Position numbers and translations under genes: made by a program. Source: an uncultured virus (IMG/VR IMGVR_UViG_3300032084_002349) (Duplodnaviria > Heunggongvirae > Uroviricota > Caudoviricetes). Taken from it: 64,000 nucleotides of DNA. The stretch spans positions 1 through 64,000 of the IMG/VR virus record IMGVR_UViG_3300032084_002349. One strand, 5' to 3'. The notes under the pieces are model-generated. The model saw nothing but the letters and a program-made list of their open reading frames with translations. It did no database searches and was not told where the DNA came from. Of this stretch, positions 41,022 through 50,353 are shown one piece after another; positions within the stretch are counted from its first letter, which is position 1; each line of letters opens with the position of its first letter.

Positions 41022-41212
41022 ATGTAAAATCAGCCCGGCCGGATTTTGCGTATAATTTCAATATCAGAGTTATTGCTTAATATAATCACATTCAAGCCAT
41101 TATTTTCTCAAGTTTATGCTATTGACAAGACGATACTATATGATAGAATGATAGCATAAGTGACAAGCACCGTGCAAGTTACTAAAATTGGTTTTATCTT
41201 GGAGAATTTATT

Positions 41213-41500
41213 ATGAAGGCTTTTTCTTTTAATGTGACGATTGCTTCTGAGACTCTCGATACAGAAGTTATTGAAGATACCATTCGTCAAGCACTTACTG
41301 ACGGACTACCTGAAGACACTCTTGCTTTGTGCAAGGCTGACGGTGTTAAGGAATATTCTGAGCAGGGTTGGAAGGTTGCTCGAAACCGTAAGTTCGGTAT
41401 CGGCGTGAAGGAAGCAGGCGATGCTCACAAGGCTACCTCTTCCAAGTCAGAATTGGTAGTGTCAAAAGACACTAGCGATGCTATCCTTCCGGGAGTATAA
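41213..41500 (+). CDS. Hypothetical protein
   Basis: 95 aa; promoter, RBS and terminator. Confidence 0.65.
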   Translation: MKAFSFNVTIASETLDTEVIEDTIRQALTDGLPEDTLALCKADGVKEYSEQGWKVARNRKFGIGVKEAGDAHKATSSKSELVVSKDTSDAILPGV

Positions 41501-41509
41501 TAAGAGGGT

Positions 41510-41558
41510 CAGGGCCGCAGCGTCAATGGGGATAACCAAGACTGCGGCTCTGGCTTTT
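41510..41558 (+). terminator. Terminator-like hairpin
   Basis: CAGGGCCGCAG/CTGCGGCTCTG plus U-run. Confidence 0.55.
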
Positions 41559-41564
41559 ATTATT

Positions 41565-41636
41565 GGCCCCGTAGTTCAACGGATAGAACAGTGGTCTTCT
41601 AAACCTCAAATGTGAGTTCGATTCTCGCCGGGGCTA
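41565..41636 (+). tRNA. tRNA-Arg(UCU)
   Basis: Cloverleaf, anticodon loop CT-TCT-AA, GTTCGA T-loop. Confidence 0.9.
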
Positions 41637-42073
41637 TTAACTTATTTGGAGAAAATTTTGGATAAAAAAGAACAAATAACAACAATTTTAGACTACCTGA
41701 ACCAGAGGCTAAGTGTGATGAATGAGGCCGAAACAAATAAGGTAAAGAAAATCCTTGAGGATGACGATATTACTCTTAAGGAGGTGGTGGAATGGTATAT
41801 CGACTATGTTTGGTCTCACTCTTAATTTGTTGTACAGGATGTGTAACTACTAGCAAATGTTCACTTACCTGTAATAAAACTATAGACTTGACGGGTCAGC
41901 CCGATAATGGTAGAATGAATGTTGGAGTTAGGGTAGAGTTCTTTAGAGATTGGACAAGATGATGAACGAGTTGTGTGAACAAATGCAGGAAGACATTAGG
42001 GCTATTCTTGATGGTCGTAGTGATGCTTCTACTATTGATATGATTTGTGATTTACTTGTGGAGAAACTTACTA

Positions 42074-42373
42074 ATGAGTAATAAAAAAATTATTATAACA
42101 TTTAATGGTTGGGTTGAGGCTGATCCTGAAAGTATTAGATTCCAATGGATTGGTGATTATATTGAAAATGAATCACATAAACATATTATCAATGGAACAG
42201 AATATTTAGAATTAGAAGAAAACGAACGAGACGATTATATCTTAGAGGATTTAGGAGTAGCATACAGAGACTCTTTCGATGGTGCATTAGATGAGTGTGA
42301 TGTGAATGTAGAAGAAGATCCTGATAATGTTGCTAAAGAATTTCTTCAAGACTTATTAAGGGATAAACTATGA
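42074..42373 (+). CDS. Hypothetical acidic protein
   Basis: Likely start MSNKKII after GGAG. Confidence 0.55.
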   Translation: MSNKKIIITFNGWVEADPESIRFQWIGDYIENESHKHIINGTEYLELEENERDDYILEDLGVAYRDSFDGALDECDVNVEEDPDNVAKEFLQDLLRDKL

Positions 42374-42531
42374 GTAAGTATGGATCAGTAAAAGTTTCAA
42401 CTAAAAAATCTTGGGAGATGTCTCGTGGACACAACATTCATCGTTCTGGCTCTGGTAATCATGATAACCGGCCTCGTAGAGTTCGCACCCGGATGGATAT
42501 TCGGAGAAGAGCAATAACAGAATACTCATAA
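42370..42531 (+). CDS. Small basic protein (53 aa)
   Basis: Hand-translated ...HRSGSGNHDNRPRRVRTR...; stop abuts tRNA-Ile. Confidence 0.5.
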   Translation: MSKYGSVKVSTKKSWEMSRGHNIHRSGSGNHDNRPRRVRTRMDIRRRAITEYS

Positions 42532-42607
42532 GGGACGGAAGGTAAGCCGGTTGCATCCGACACTCTTATAAGGTGTTCATAGGTAGGTTCGACTCCTGCC
42601 CGTCCTA
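42532..42607 (+). tRNA. tRNA-Ile(UAU)
   Basis: GGGACGG/CCGTCCT acceptor, anticodon loop CT-TAT-AA, GGTTCGACTCC T-arm. Confidence 0.85.
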
Positions 42608-42611
42608 CTCA

Positions 42612-42684
42612 GCCCCTATAACTCAATCGGTAGAGTAGCGGTCTTTTAAACCGTATGTTGTAGGTTCGAGTCCTACTGGGGGTA
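42612..42684 (+). tRNA. tRNA-Lys(UUU)
   Basis: Cloverleaf, anticodon loop CT-TTT-AA. Confidence 0.92.
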
Positions 42685-42752
42685 CTTGACAAGCGATGTG
42701 GCATATGTTAAAATATGCTATTACTAAATGTTTCACGATAGGAGAATTATAT

Positions 42753-42923
42753 ATGGATAATCATAAATGGGAATATATTGATGATCTTACTGATAATAGC
42801 GTTGATTATAGTGAATTCATGACAGAAGGAACATACTTAGATGATGAATATGAAAATGCTGAAACAGATGTAACGTGCAACTACCTCTACCAAGAACCTA
42901 TTGAACTTATTGATGAGATATAG
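42753..42923 (+). CDS. Small acidic hypothetical protein
   Basis: AGGAGA RBS before MDNHKW. Confidence 0.5.
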   Translation: MDNHKWEYIDDLTDNSVDYSEFMTEGTYLDDEYENAETDVTCNYLYQEPIELIDEI

Positions 42924-42938
42924 TATTGATCTCCTTTC

Positions 42939-43012
42939 GACTAATGCGGTGTGGTGGGACACACATATAAATCTAGTTATCAATTTAGTCTGTTCGAATC
43001 AGGCCATTAGTC
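42939..43012 (+). ncRNA. tRNA-like element with aberrant anticodon arm
   Basis: GACTAATG/CATTAGTC acceptor, GTGT/ACAC D-stem, GTCTG-TTCGAAT-CAGGC T-arm, 10-nt anticodon loop. Confidence 0.6.
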
Positions 43013-43022
43013 TTTTTTAATT

Positions 43023-43502
43023 ATGAATATTTTAATGCAAGAACTTGACGAGTTCAGACGTAATGATGATGGCAGTATTATACAAGGAGCATCTCATACT
43101 AGCCGTATCTTAAATCATAAATATCGTAATAAAATAATTATGACTACCTATTCTTATTTGAATAAATTAAATATTGGATACGATGCTATAGCATGTTGTG
43201 GTACGAGTGGTTTAATGGTTGTGCCACAGATTGCTGAATTGCTCAAAAAAAATATAATTGTTATTCGTAAGAAAAAAGATGGATATAGTGACTTTATAGT
43301 AGAAGGCCCAAGTAGTAAACGATATATTATTATTGATGATTTAATATGCTCTGGGGATACTGTTAAACATATCATTCGAAGTATTAAGAATGAAACTCCA
43401 ATCTCTAAATGTATTGGCGTGTACTCTTATATGAAAGATCAATGTGCTTATAGGAAAATGCCTGAATTATGTGAAAAAGATTTAGGCATTCCTTATATTT
43501 AA
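43023..43502 (+). CDS. Type I phosphoribosyltransferase
   Basis: PRPP-binding loop YIIIDDLICSGDT. Confidence 0.85.
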   Translation: MNILMQELDEFRRNDDGSIIQGASHTSRILNHKYRNKIIMTTYSYLNKLNIGYDAIACCGTSGLMVVPQIAELLKKNIIVIRKKKDGYSDFIVEGPSSKRYIIIDDLICSGDTVKHIIRSIKNETPISKCIGVYSYMKDQCAYRKMPELCEKDLGIPYI

Positions 43503-43628
43503 ATAAAATCAGGCCGGGCTGATTATGTTATTTTTTTCTCAATTATGCTAAAGATTAACTGTTGACAGTGACGATATATATGATATACTTAGAGCATACA
43601 GGACATTACTCTTACGAAAGGAACTAAA

Positions 43629-44576
43629 ATGCCTGCTAATGTTGAATCTATGTTTTACACCGGAGCAGAACCTTGGCATGGCCTTGGTGAAAAGTTGGAA
43701 GATGCTCCAACAATCTCAGAAGCAATCGAGGCTAGTGGTCTTGATTGGGAAGTGGGTACAAAAGATCTTGTAACCAAAGATGGTTATGATGTACCTGCTA
43801 GAGCAACTTATCGTAAAAGCGATAATAGTATTCTAGGTGTGGTAGGCCCAAGATACGTACCGCTCCAGAATCGTGATGCCTTCAACTGGTTTCAGCCATT
43901 CATCGACGCTGGTGAATGTAGCCTGCATACTGGAGGAAGTCTAAGTGACGGGCAAAAAGTATGGGCTTTGGCTCAACTCAATCGTGATCCTAGCGAAATT
44001 GTTAAGGGTGATGAGGTTCAGAAGTTTATCCTTCTATCCAACAGTCACGATGGTACAACTGCTATTCGCGTAGGATACACTCCTATTCGTGTTGTTTGTG
44101 TGAATACCTTGGCATTTGCTCACCAAAGTGGCGTAAGCAAACTACTGCGTATCAGACATACAAAAAGTGCAGCAGCAAACCTAGATAACGTCCGAGATAT
44201 CATGGACAATATCAACGGACAATTTGAGGCTAGTGCTGAACAGTTCCGATTTCTTGCTAGTCGTAATTTCAATCAGGCTGATGTTCGTAAGTATGTGAAG
44301 GTTCTGCTGAATATTGATAAAAAGGCTGAAGAGGATATCAAGACTCGTACCAAAAATATTATGGACGACATTCTTGCTACCATCGAAGGCCCGAAACAAT
44401 CAATGCCGGGAGTATCTGGTACTTGGTGGGCTGCCTATAACGGCTTCAATGAGTATCTTAATTACACAAAGGGTCGTAATACCAACAACCGCATGGAAAG
44501 TCTGTGGTTCGGTCAAAACGGCTCTGATAATATCAGGGCGTTGAATCTCGCAACCGAGTATGCCAACGCTCTATAA
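43629..44576 (+). CDS. DUF932 family phage/plasmid protein
   Basis: PWHGLG...SGLDWEV...NSHDG...RVVCVNTL...RHT. Confidence 0.85.
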   Translation: MPANVESMFYTGAEPWHGLGEKLEDAPTISEAIEASGLDWEVGTKDLVTKDGYDVPARATYRKSDNSILGVVGPRYVPLQNRDAFNWFQPFIDAGECSLHTGGSLSDGQKVWALAQLNRDPSEIVKGDEVQKFILLSNSHDGTTAIRVGYTPIRVVCVNTLAFAHQSGVSKLLRIRHTKSAAANLDNVRDIMDNINGQFEASAEQFRFLASRNFNQADVRKYVKVLLNIDKKAEEDIKTRTKNIMDDILATIEGPKQSMPGVSGTWWAAYNGFNEYLNYTKGRNTNNRMESLWFGQNGSDNIRALNLATEYANAL

Positions 44577-44602
44577 TCGCTCTCCTTTCGTGGTGCGTGT
44601 CG

Positions 44603-44640
44603 AAAAGAGTCGGCCTGAGAAATCGGGTCGGCTCTTTTTT
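44603..44640 (+). terminator. Intrinsic terminator
   Basis: AAAAGAGTCGGCCTGA/TCGGGTCGGCTCTTTT stem plus U-run. Confidence 0.8.
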
Positions 44641-44711
44641 GTCAAAACCCGGCCGCGCAAAATACGACAATTTTATTGTGTATAGTAAAATAATAATAGA
44701 TTCTAATTAGT

Positions 44712-44817
44712 TGTAAGTCTATATCTGACAAGGACTTACGGAGATTTCCTAATGGACAAAGGCGTGATGATCCGATATAATGGTAGAGTGTAAGTTGTTT
44801 GCTGGTAAGGACTTACG
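44712..44817. repeat. Two 29-bp imperfect palindromes (11-7-11)
   Basis: TGTAAGTCTAT-N7-AAGGACTTACG and TGTAAGTTGTT-N7-AAGGACTTACG. Confidence 0.7.
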
Positions 44818-45057
44818 AGAGATTTATAATATAAATATAAAAATATTCCAATCTGGAGTTCTATTGTATCATCTAAACCGATAGGTTTGGTTTGAATGGT
44901 TATAGTCAGTGAATTTCTATGGTCTTTGATTTATACAGAAGGATAGTTGATAATATAATTATTGAATAATAACTAGAAAGGACTACTATATATCATTGAG
45001 ATGTTACGGGGTATTTATATATGAGTTTGATTATTAATTAGAATAGGAGTTGTTTAA

Positions 45058-45315
45058 ATGATTAATGAGAAAGAAGTTCAAGAATCACTGAGTAAATTGA
45101 TGCAAGAAGACATGGACTATAGAAACTCTTTGTCTAAGGAAGATTATATTAAATATATGAAAGAAGGTCAAGATTATTTGGAAAATGGTATATTTGAAGA
45201 TTTAGCAAAAATGGTTGATAAAGAATTTCCTAATATATCTGATGAAGATAGGGTTAAGAAATTAAATGAGTACTTACAGATTATAGGTATTACAGAAAAT
45301 AAAGATAATACTTAA
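45058..45315 (+). CDS. Hypothetical protein
   Basis: 85 aa, AGGAG RBS. Confidence 0.55.
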   Translation: MINEKEVQESLSKLMQEDMDYRNSLSKEDYIKYMKEGQDYLENGIFEDLAKMVDKEFPNISDEDRVKKLNEYLQIIGITENKDNT

Positions 45316-45544
45316 TAATAACCTTTTTCCTACTAAACTCAACCCTTTTCCCTTTATAACGAAATTTTATATGATAACAATACTCATCCTATTTGCACTA
45401 GCCGACCTATATTGTGAAAGTAAACAAGTTAATGAATTTAGTATTAGATAGTAATATCCTCCCGGCCTGTATAAATATAACATAATAATTAGATTAGTCA
45501 AGATAAAAAAACCGAATAAATAAATATAATTAAAGGAGTGAATT

Positions 45545-45799
45545 ATGCAAGTAAATCCCGTATCAATAGAAACAGATGGAATAGTTTGTGATCTATTACT
45601 CCAGAAAAAAGGGAAACCAAGAAATTTGGTTATGTGTAGAGCATCGAACCTTTGGGACAATAGATGGCGAATTAATGTTTATACGAAATATATGAAGAAT
45701 GATTTAGAAGGTCAAGTAATATCATATAGTTGCTTTGCCAAATTATCTGACGATAAACAATTAGAAATAGTTCATGAGTCAGGAAAAATAAATATATAA
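45545..45799 (+). CDS. Hypothetical protein
   Basis: 84 aa, AAGGAG RBS. Confidence 0.6.
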   Translation: MQVNPVSIETDGIVCDLLLQKKGKPRNLVMCRASNLWDNRWRINVYTKYMKNDLEGQVISYSCFAKLSDDKQLEIVHESGKINI

Positions 45800-45957
45800 T
45801 TATTGTCTTACCTTAACTACTAACTTTGCACCAGATAATCATAGTCAGTGAATTTTAACAACTTATGAAAAATCATATTAACCTACCGTAACTTGCTGCG
45901 ATAAAAAACGAACCCTACTATTAGGTAGTTGGAAATAAAGGTCGTGGAGTAAGTTGA

Positions 45958-46200
45958 GTGTTAGGTCAAATATTATTAAGCGTATTAACTATTCTATTTG
46001 GAATGGGAACAATTTCTATTTTTTGTTCTTTAATTTTTGAGAATGATCATCCTGCAATAACATATAAACCCAAGGTAAAGGAAAGAGGTGTCGATAAGGA
46101 ATTAGAAGCATATATATCAGAAGATAATAAGGATCAAGGAAATCAAGATAATAATTTAAGTGATTCATTTACTGTAACTATGGAAGAGTATAATTTATAA
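45958..46200 (+). CDS. Hypothetical membrane protein
   Basis: N-terminal TM segment. Confidence 0.5.
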   Translation: MLGQILLSVLTILFGMGTISIFCSLIFENDHPAITYKPKVKERGVDKELEAYISEDNKDQGNQDNNLSDSFTVTMEEYNL

Positions 46201-46323
46201 TTTTTAATAAAAACTAAATGATAGTATTTTTGTCTTATCTTAACTATTAGGATTGCGCCAATGATTGATAGTCAGTGAGTTTTAGAGGTTTGTCAAATCT
46301 AAACTAAAAAGGTTGAATGTTAT

Positions 46324-46527
46324 ATGGTTAATATTAGTCTGAGAGATAATGTGTCTTGTGAGAAAGTTTGTAAAAGTATAGAGAAAGAAGTTAATGCATG
46401 GAAAAAAGAGAATGGTAATAATTTAGATGATTGTTTACTATCTATTGATATAATAAAAATTTCACATACAGTATCAGTACCAAAGGATCAAGTATCTATA
46501 GAAATGAAGGGTCAAGTATCAAAATAA
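46324..46527 (+). CDS. Hypothetical protein
   Basis: 67 aa ORF. Confidence 0.5.
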   Translation: MVNISLRDNVSCEKVCKSIEKEVNAWKKENGNNLDDCLLSIDIIKISHTVSVPKDQVSIEMKGQVSK

Positions 46528-47234
46528 AAAATATTGATTATAATAGAGTTTTAATAACATTTTCCCTACTACTAAAGAATATATAACTATTAGGAATTAT
46601 CATCATGTTTCTTGAATTTTTTCATATTTTAGACATCTTTTATGTCCGTTTTTAGGGTTTATCTTTCCTGTATTAATAATAATGAACTGGTTTTTATCGT
46701 TTTTTAGACCAATTTTGTCATAAATATAACCTTAATTTACTTATTAAATATAACTGACTTGTAAAATAAGGGTTTTCTAAGGGAAAAAAGAGCATAAAAA
46801 AACTAAAGTCCAGACGCTCTAAATTCCGATATTGACTCTATGGTTACTTATGGTATAATGTCTATTAGTACTAGTAGTAGTTTATGTAATAGGTATAGGA
46901 AAAAATGTATAAAAGCATACTTCTCACAGATAGCGAAATCAAACTATTACGCAAGGTTTTACACACTCATTTACATACAAATCCAATAGATATAAAGCAT
47001 CAAGAAATAAAGAATCTGCATATAATTGATAGAACCTTATTGGGTACGATTCCCACCAAAAATAAGAATCAAATGACCTAAATGGGTTAATCACCCACAA
47101 ATCAAAAAGAAATGAAATAGAAATCAAATGGAAATAGTCGGAAGAGTATTACATATCGTGGCTATTGTGGCTACAGCGTGGTTTTTTATAGCATCTTACA
47201 GAGAATGGAAAGTAGATAAAAGGAGAAAGAAAGT

Positions 47235-47561
47235 ATGATTAATAAGTATATTAATTTTGTAGAAGAATGGTGTGAAATATTGGAGTCTAAATTTAAGGCT
47301 AAATATCCTACAAACCCTCCTGTCAAGTATGACTTTAAAGTAAATAAAAAGTATACTAAAATTATCAGAGTAGATGCTGGCGGTGGTAGTAGTGTTCATG
47401 CTTTTGTGGATAATAATAATTTGGATATACTAAAAGCGGCTACATGGAACTCTCCAGCAAAAGGTGCTAGATATAATCTGGCAGAGAATTTTGATAGAAT
47501 TTTAGAGGTTTGCGATCCTCATGGGGGTTATTTATACAGTGGAAGGAAGGTGGCGGTATGA
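47235..47561 (+). CDS. Hypothetical phage protein
   Basis: SVHAFVD...ILKAATWNSPAKGARYN, a motif I recall from other phages. Confidence 0.65.
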   Translation: MINKYINFVEEWCEILESKFKAKYPTNPPVKYDFKVNKKYTKIIRVDAGGGSSVHAFVDNNNLDILKAATWNSPAKGARYNLAENFDRILEVCDPHGGYLYSGRKVAV

Positions 47562-47779
47562 AATACTTTAATGAATTATTTGATATTACAGACCAAGATT
47601 ATCTTATGTTGTACGACGCTCTATTGGAAAAACGTGCAAGGATGAGAAAAGACCAAGAAAAAGGTTTCCCTGATATGGGTAAAGATTATAATATGGAAGA
47701 TATTAATAGATTGTCTAGGGAAATGTGGGAAGTCTTTAATTTAGAGGATAGATTTAGCAAAGAGAGGGTGTCAGTATGA
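47558..47779 (+). CDS. Hypothetical protein
   Basis: Likely start MKYFNEL, coupled to the upstream stop. Confidence 0.55.
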   Translation: MKYFNELFDITDQDYLMLYDALLEKRARMRKDQEKGFPDMGKDYNMEDINRLSREMWEVFNLEDRFSKERVSV

Positions 47780-47928
47780 CAGATGAATTACGACAAAATA
47801 TAGAAAAGTTTATTCTGGCCTATGAGAATCAAATTAATGATATAGATAATATGGATGTGGCAACTACAGATATATTTTTAGAGGGTGCTATTGATCTACT
47901 AACAGAAGTTGTAAAAAAGGACAATTAA
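47776..47928 (+). CDS. Small protein, paralog of 48115-48282
   Basis: LRQNIEKFILAYENQINDIDN. Confidence 0.6.
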   Translation: MTDELRQNIEKFILAYENQINDIDNMDVATTDIFLEGAIDLLTEVVKKDN

Positions 47929-48114
47929 GATGCTTGTAGAATTAGATAAACATGATATTACCATGATTGTGGACTCATTGGAGCATATGGGCGAAGTTAT
48001 GAAAAAACTGGAAAAGAGTACAGGGTATCAACCTTATACTGTTGATCAGATAAATAATATGGTTAATTTTCTTGATGGGTTTTATAATATTAGAGATTTA
48101 AAATAGGATAATAT

Positions 48115-48282
48115 GTGACTAATCAATTAAGGCTAAGGATTGAAAAATTCATTATCGACTATGAGAATCAATTAACCCATATAGATAATATCGAACCCAA
48201 AATTATGGGTGTTTTACTAGAAAATGCTGTAGTTTTACTAGGTGATACCATAGATGAAAATTCTTGTAAAGATATTGATTGA
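48115..48282 (+). CDS. Small protein, paralog of 47776-47928
   Basis: LRLRIEKFIIDYENQLTHIDN; GTG start. Confidence 0.55.
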   Translation: MTNQLRLRIEKFIIDYENQLTHIDNIEPKIMGVLLENAVVLLGDTIDENSCKDID

Positions 48283-48340
48283 CAACAGACGATAAGTATG
48301 ATATACTAATAAAAACCGACCTTTTCAGAAAGAAACAACA

Positions 48341-48547
48341 ATGCAATTTCAAAATGTTAACGAATACAGTAGTGCTGTTGCTGATTATTTGGTGGATGAA
48401 TACGGAGATATGACACAGGAATTACAAATTTCTGATGAAGACGCAAATAATGCAGGTGCTATTATAAATTACTGCTATGAATCAGGAGAAAGCATTAATA
48501 ACGCTGCACATCATCTTATAGGTTTTTTAAGAAAAAAGAGGAAATAA
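48341..48547 (+). CDS. Small helical protein (VADY..EYG family)
   Basis: 68 aa after a strong promoter. Confidence 0.6.
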   Translation: MQFQNVNEYSSAVADYLVDEYGDMTQELQISDEDANNAGAIINYCYESGESINNAAHHLIGFLRKKRK

Positions 48548-48719
48548 TGCTTAAACAAGACTTGGTTTATGAATTTGATGTTTATAAATTCAGGGTAAGT
48601 GAAGAGTGTGGACATCATGTGTTAGATATTACTAATGTTATCAGTTCGGATTATATTAGAATGAGGGTAACAACAAATGAATTGCAGGATTTGTCTAATA
48701 AAATTAATGAATATTTAAA

Positions 48720-48947
48720 ATGATAGCATTTAATGAAAGAAATGATGTTATGCATGTAGTTTGCAGGCATTGTAATGTAGAATATGCTATAACTTTAGAT
48801 GAGCGAGATTTTGACGCTTGGCAAAAAGGAGATTGCTACATACAAAATTGTTTAGATTATTTAACAGTAGCAGAAAGAGAATTGCTAATTAGCGGAACTT
48901 GTGATAATTGTTGGAAAAAAATGTATGGTGAAGAATTAGATGATTGA
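48720..48947 (+). CDS. Small Zn-finger-like protein
   Basis: CRHC...ERELLISGTCDNCW. Confidence 0.65.
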   Translation: MIAFNERNDVMHVVCRHCNVEYAITLDERDFDAWQKGDCYIQNCLDYLTVAERELLISGTCDNCWKKMYGEELDD

Positions 48948-48952
48948 CAATT

Positions 48953-49486
48953 ATGAAGCATAATGACACTTATACTAATAAAGTCGCTGATTACATAAAA
49001 CAAGAATATGGAGAGGATTTATTTACTATTTTGTTAAGAGAAGATGTTGCTGATACTGCTATAATGGCATTAATTATACATGAACAGGCAGGAATACCAG
49101 TACAGGATACTGCTGCAACTATTGCTAAATACTTAAAAAGTGTGAGAGGAAATGTAATGAATGAAGTAGAATTTAAAACATTTGATAGTTGGTGGGTTGA
49201 GGTAGCAGAACCAAGAATGAACCATTATATTGATGGTTATTTAGACGAGAATCCTGATTATACAGAAGATGACGTTGAGGATTATACAGACAGTGGTTGT
49301 GTTCATCGAATGATACATGAAGGTGAAACTAGCAATATGCTTTGGGAGATTTGTCAAGAGGTATTCGATAAAGGGTACAATGGTGAAGATTGGCAATTAG
49401 GTATGTCTGATAGTTTATTCTGTGAATTAGATGATATTATACAGTTGAGTTATGAGGCAGGTCAAAGATACGGGTCAGAAGCATGA
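48953..49486 (+). CDS. Hypothetical protein, apparent fusion of a VADY..EYG domain and an acidic domain
   Basis: In-frame internal RBS and ATG near 49157. Confidence 0.55.
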   Translation: MKHNDTYTNKVADYIKQEYGEDLFTILLREDVADTAIMALIIHEQAGIPVQDTAATIAKYLKSVRGNVMNEVEFKTFDSWWVEVAEPRMNHYIDGYLDENPDYTEDDVEDYTDSGCVHRMIHEGETSNMLWEICQEVFDKGYNGEDWQLGMSDSLFCELDDIIQLSYEAGQRYGSEA

Positions 49487-49655
49487 AGTATCTTATTGAG
49501 GAAAATGACATGGATATTGTTCTTGACGCACTAGATTCTCTACATGAAGATATGCGATGGAACAATCAGAATGAGGATAATGTTGCTCCTTATTCTTACA
49601 ATTTAAAAGAGGTAGAAAGATTATATTATAGATTTACTAAGGAGGTTGATGAATA

Positions 49656-50153
49656 ATGGGAAGTGATATTTATACAGAAAGTGCTGTTGCTGTTGAGTTT
49701 GTAGATTTTCTTCGTAGAAATGAAATTAAAAAGAAAGCAGTTAGGCAAATTATTGCAAATGTTCTATATCAAGAAAAATATATTGATGAAGAAGTATTTG
49801 CTACTATGATTAAAAACAGAGATGGATTTATCGACACATTTATTAATGCGCTCAGTATGGAACAGGGTGAATATTCATCTGGTTATGAAAATGATAGAGA
49901 GCATAATCAGTTTATGCTCAGAACATTTTGCCAGCATACAGGAATTGATGCTGATGATTTACCTGATTGGAATTTGAGAATATTTGATAGTAATAGAGAA
50001 TCAGGTTACGATATAATGACAGGTGTTTTGTACATCATGTTTGAGCCTTATGGTCTTTTTGAAACTAAAATGACAAAACTGGGCAAGGAACTTGCTAAAA
50101 CATTACAGATGGAATTTATTACTGAGACCACTTGGACTGTTCATTCTTACTAG
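49656..50153 (+). CDS. Hypothetical protein
   Basis: 165 aa, AGGAGG RBS. Confidence 0.65.
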   Translation: MGSDIYTESAVAVEFVDFLRRNEIKKKAVRQIIANVLYQEKYIDEEVFATMIKNRDGFIDTFINALSMEQGEYSSGYENDREHNQFMLRTFCQHTGIDADDLPDWNLRIFDSNRESGYDIMTGVLYIMFEPYGLFETKMTKLGKELAKTLQMEFITETTWTVHSY

Positions 50154-50353
50154 GGAAAATTATGTCTATAGAAATAAGTCCAGCAGAAGCATGGAAGATT
50201 TTAGATGCTGTTTTAGCATATAAAAAAGATTATGAATTATCAACCCAAGTAAAAAAGACTCTTACTAATATAGAAAAGAAAATGAAAAAAATTGTTCATA
50301 GTGAGTAAATAGGTGTATTGTTATATATGGCCGATAAAAGTTAGGAGGTCATT

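Noticed and set aside
31300..46300. CRISPR array
   Set aside because: Repeats are dispersed, degenerate and separated by genes; no regular repeat-spacer period and no cas genes
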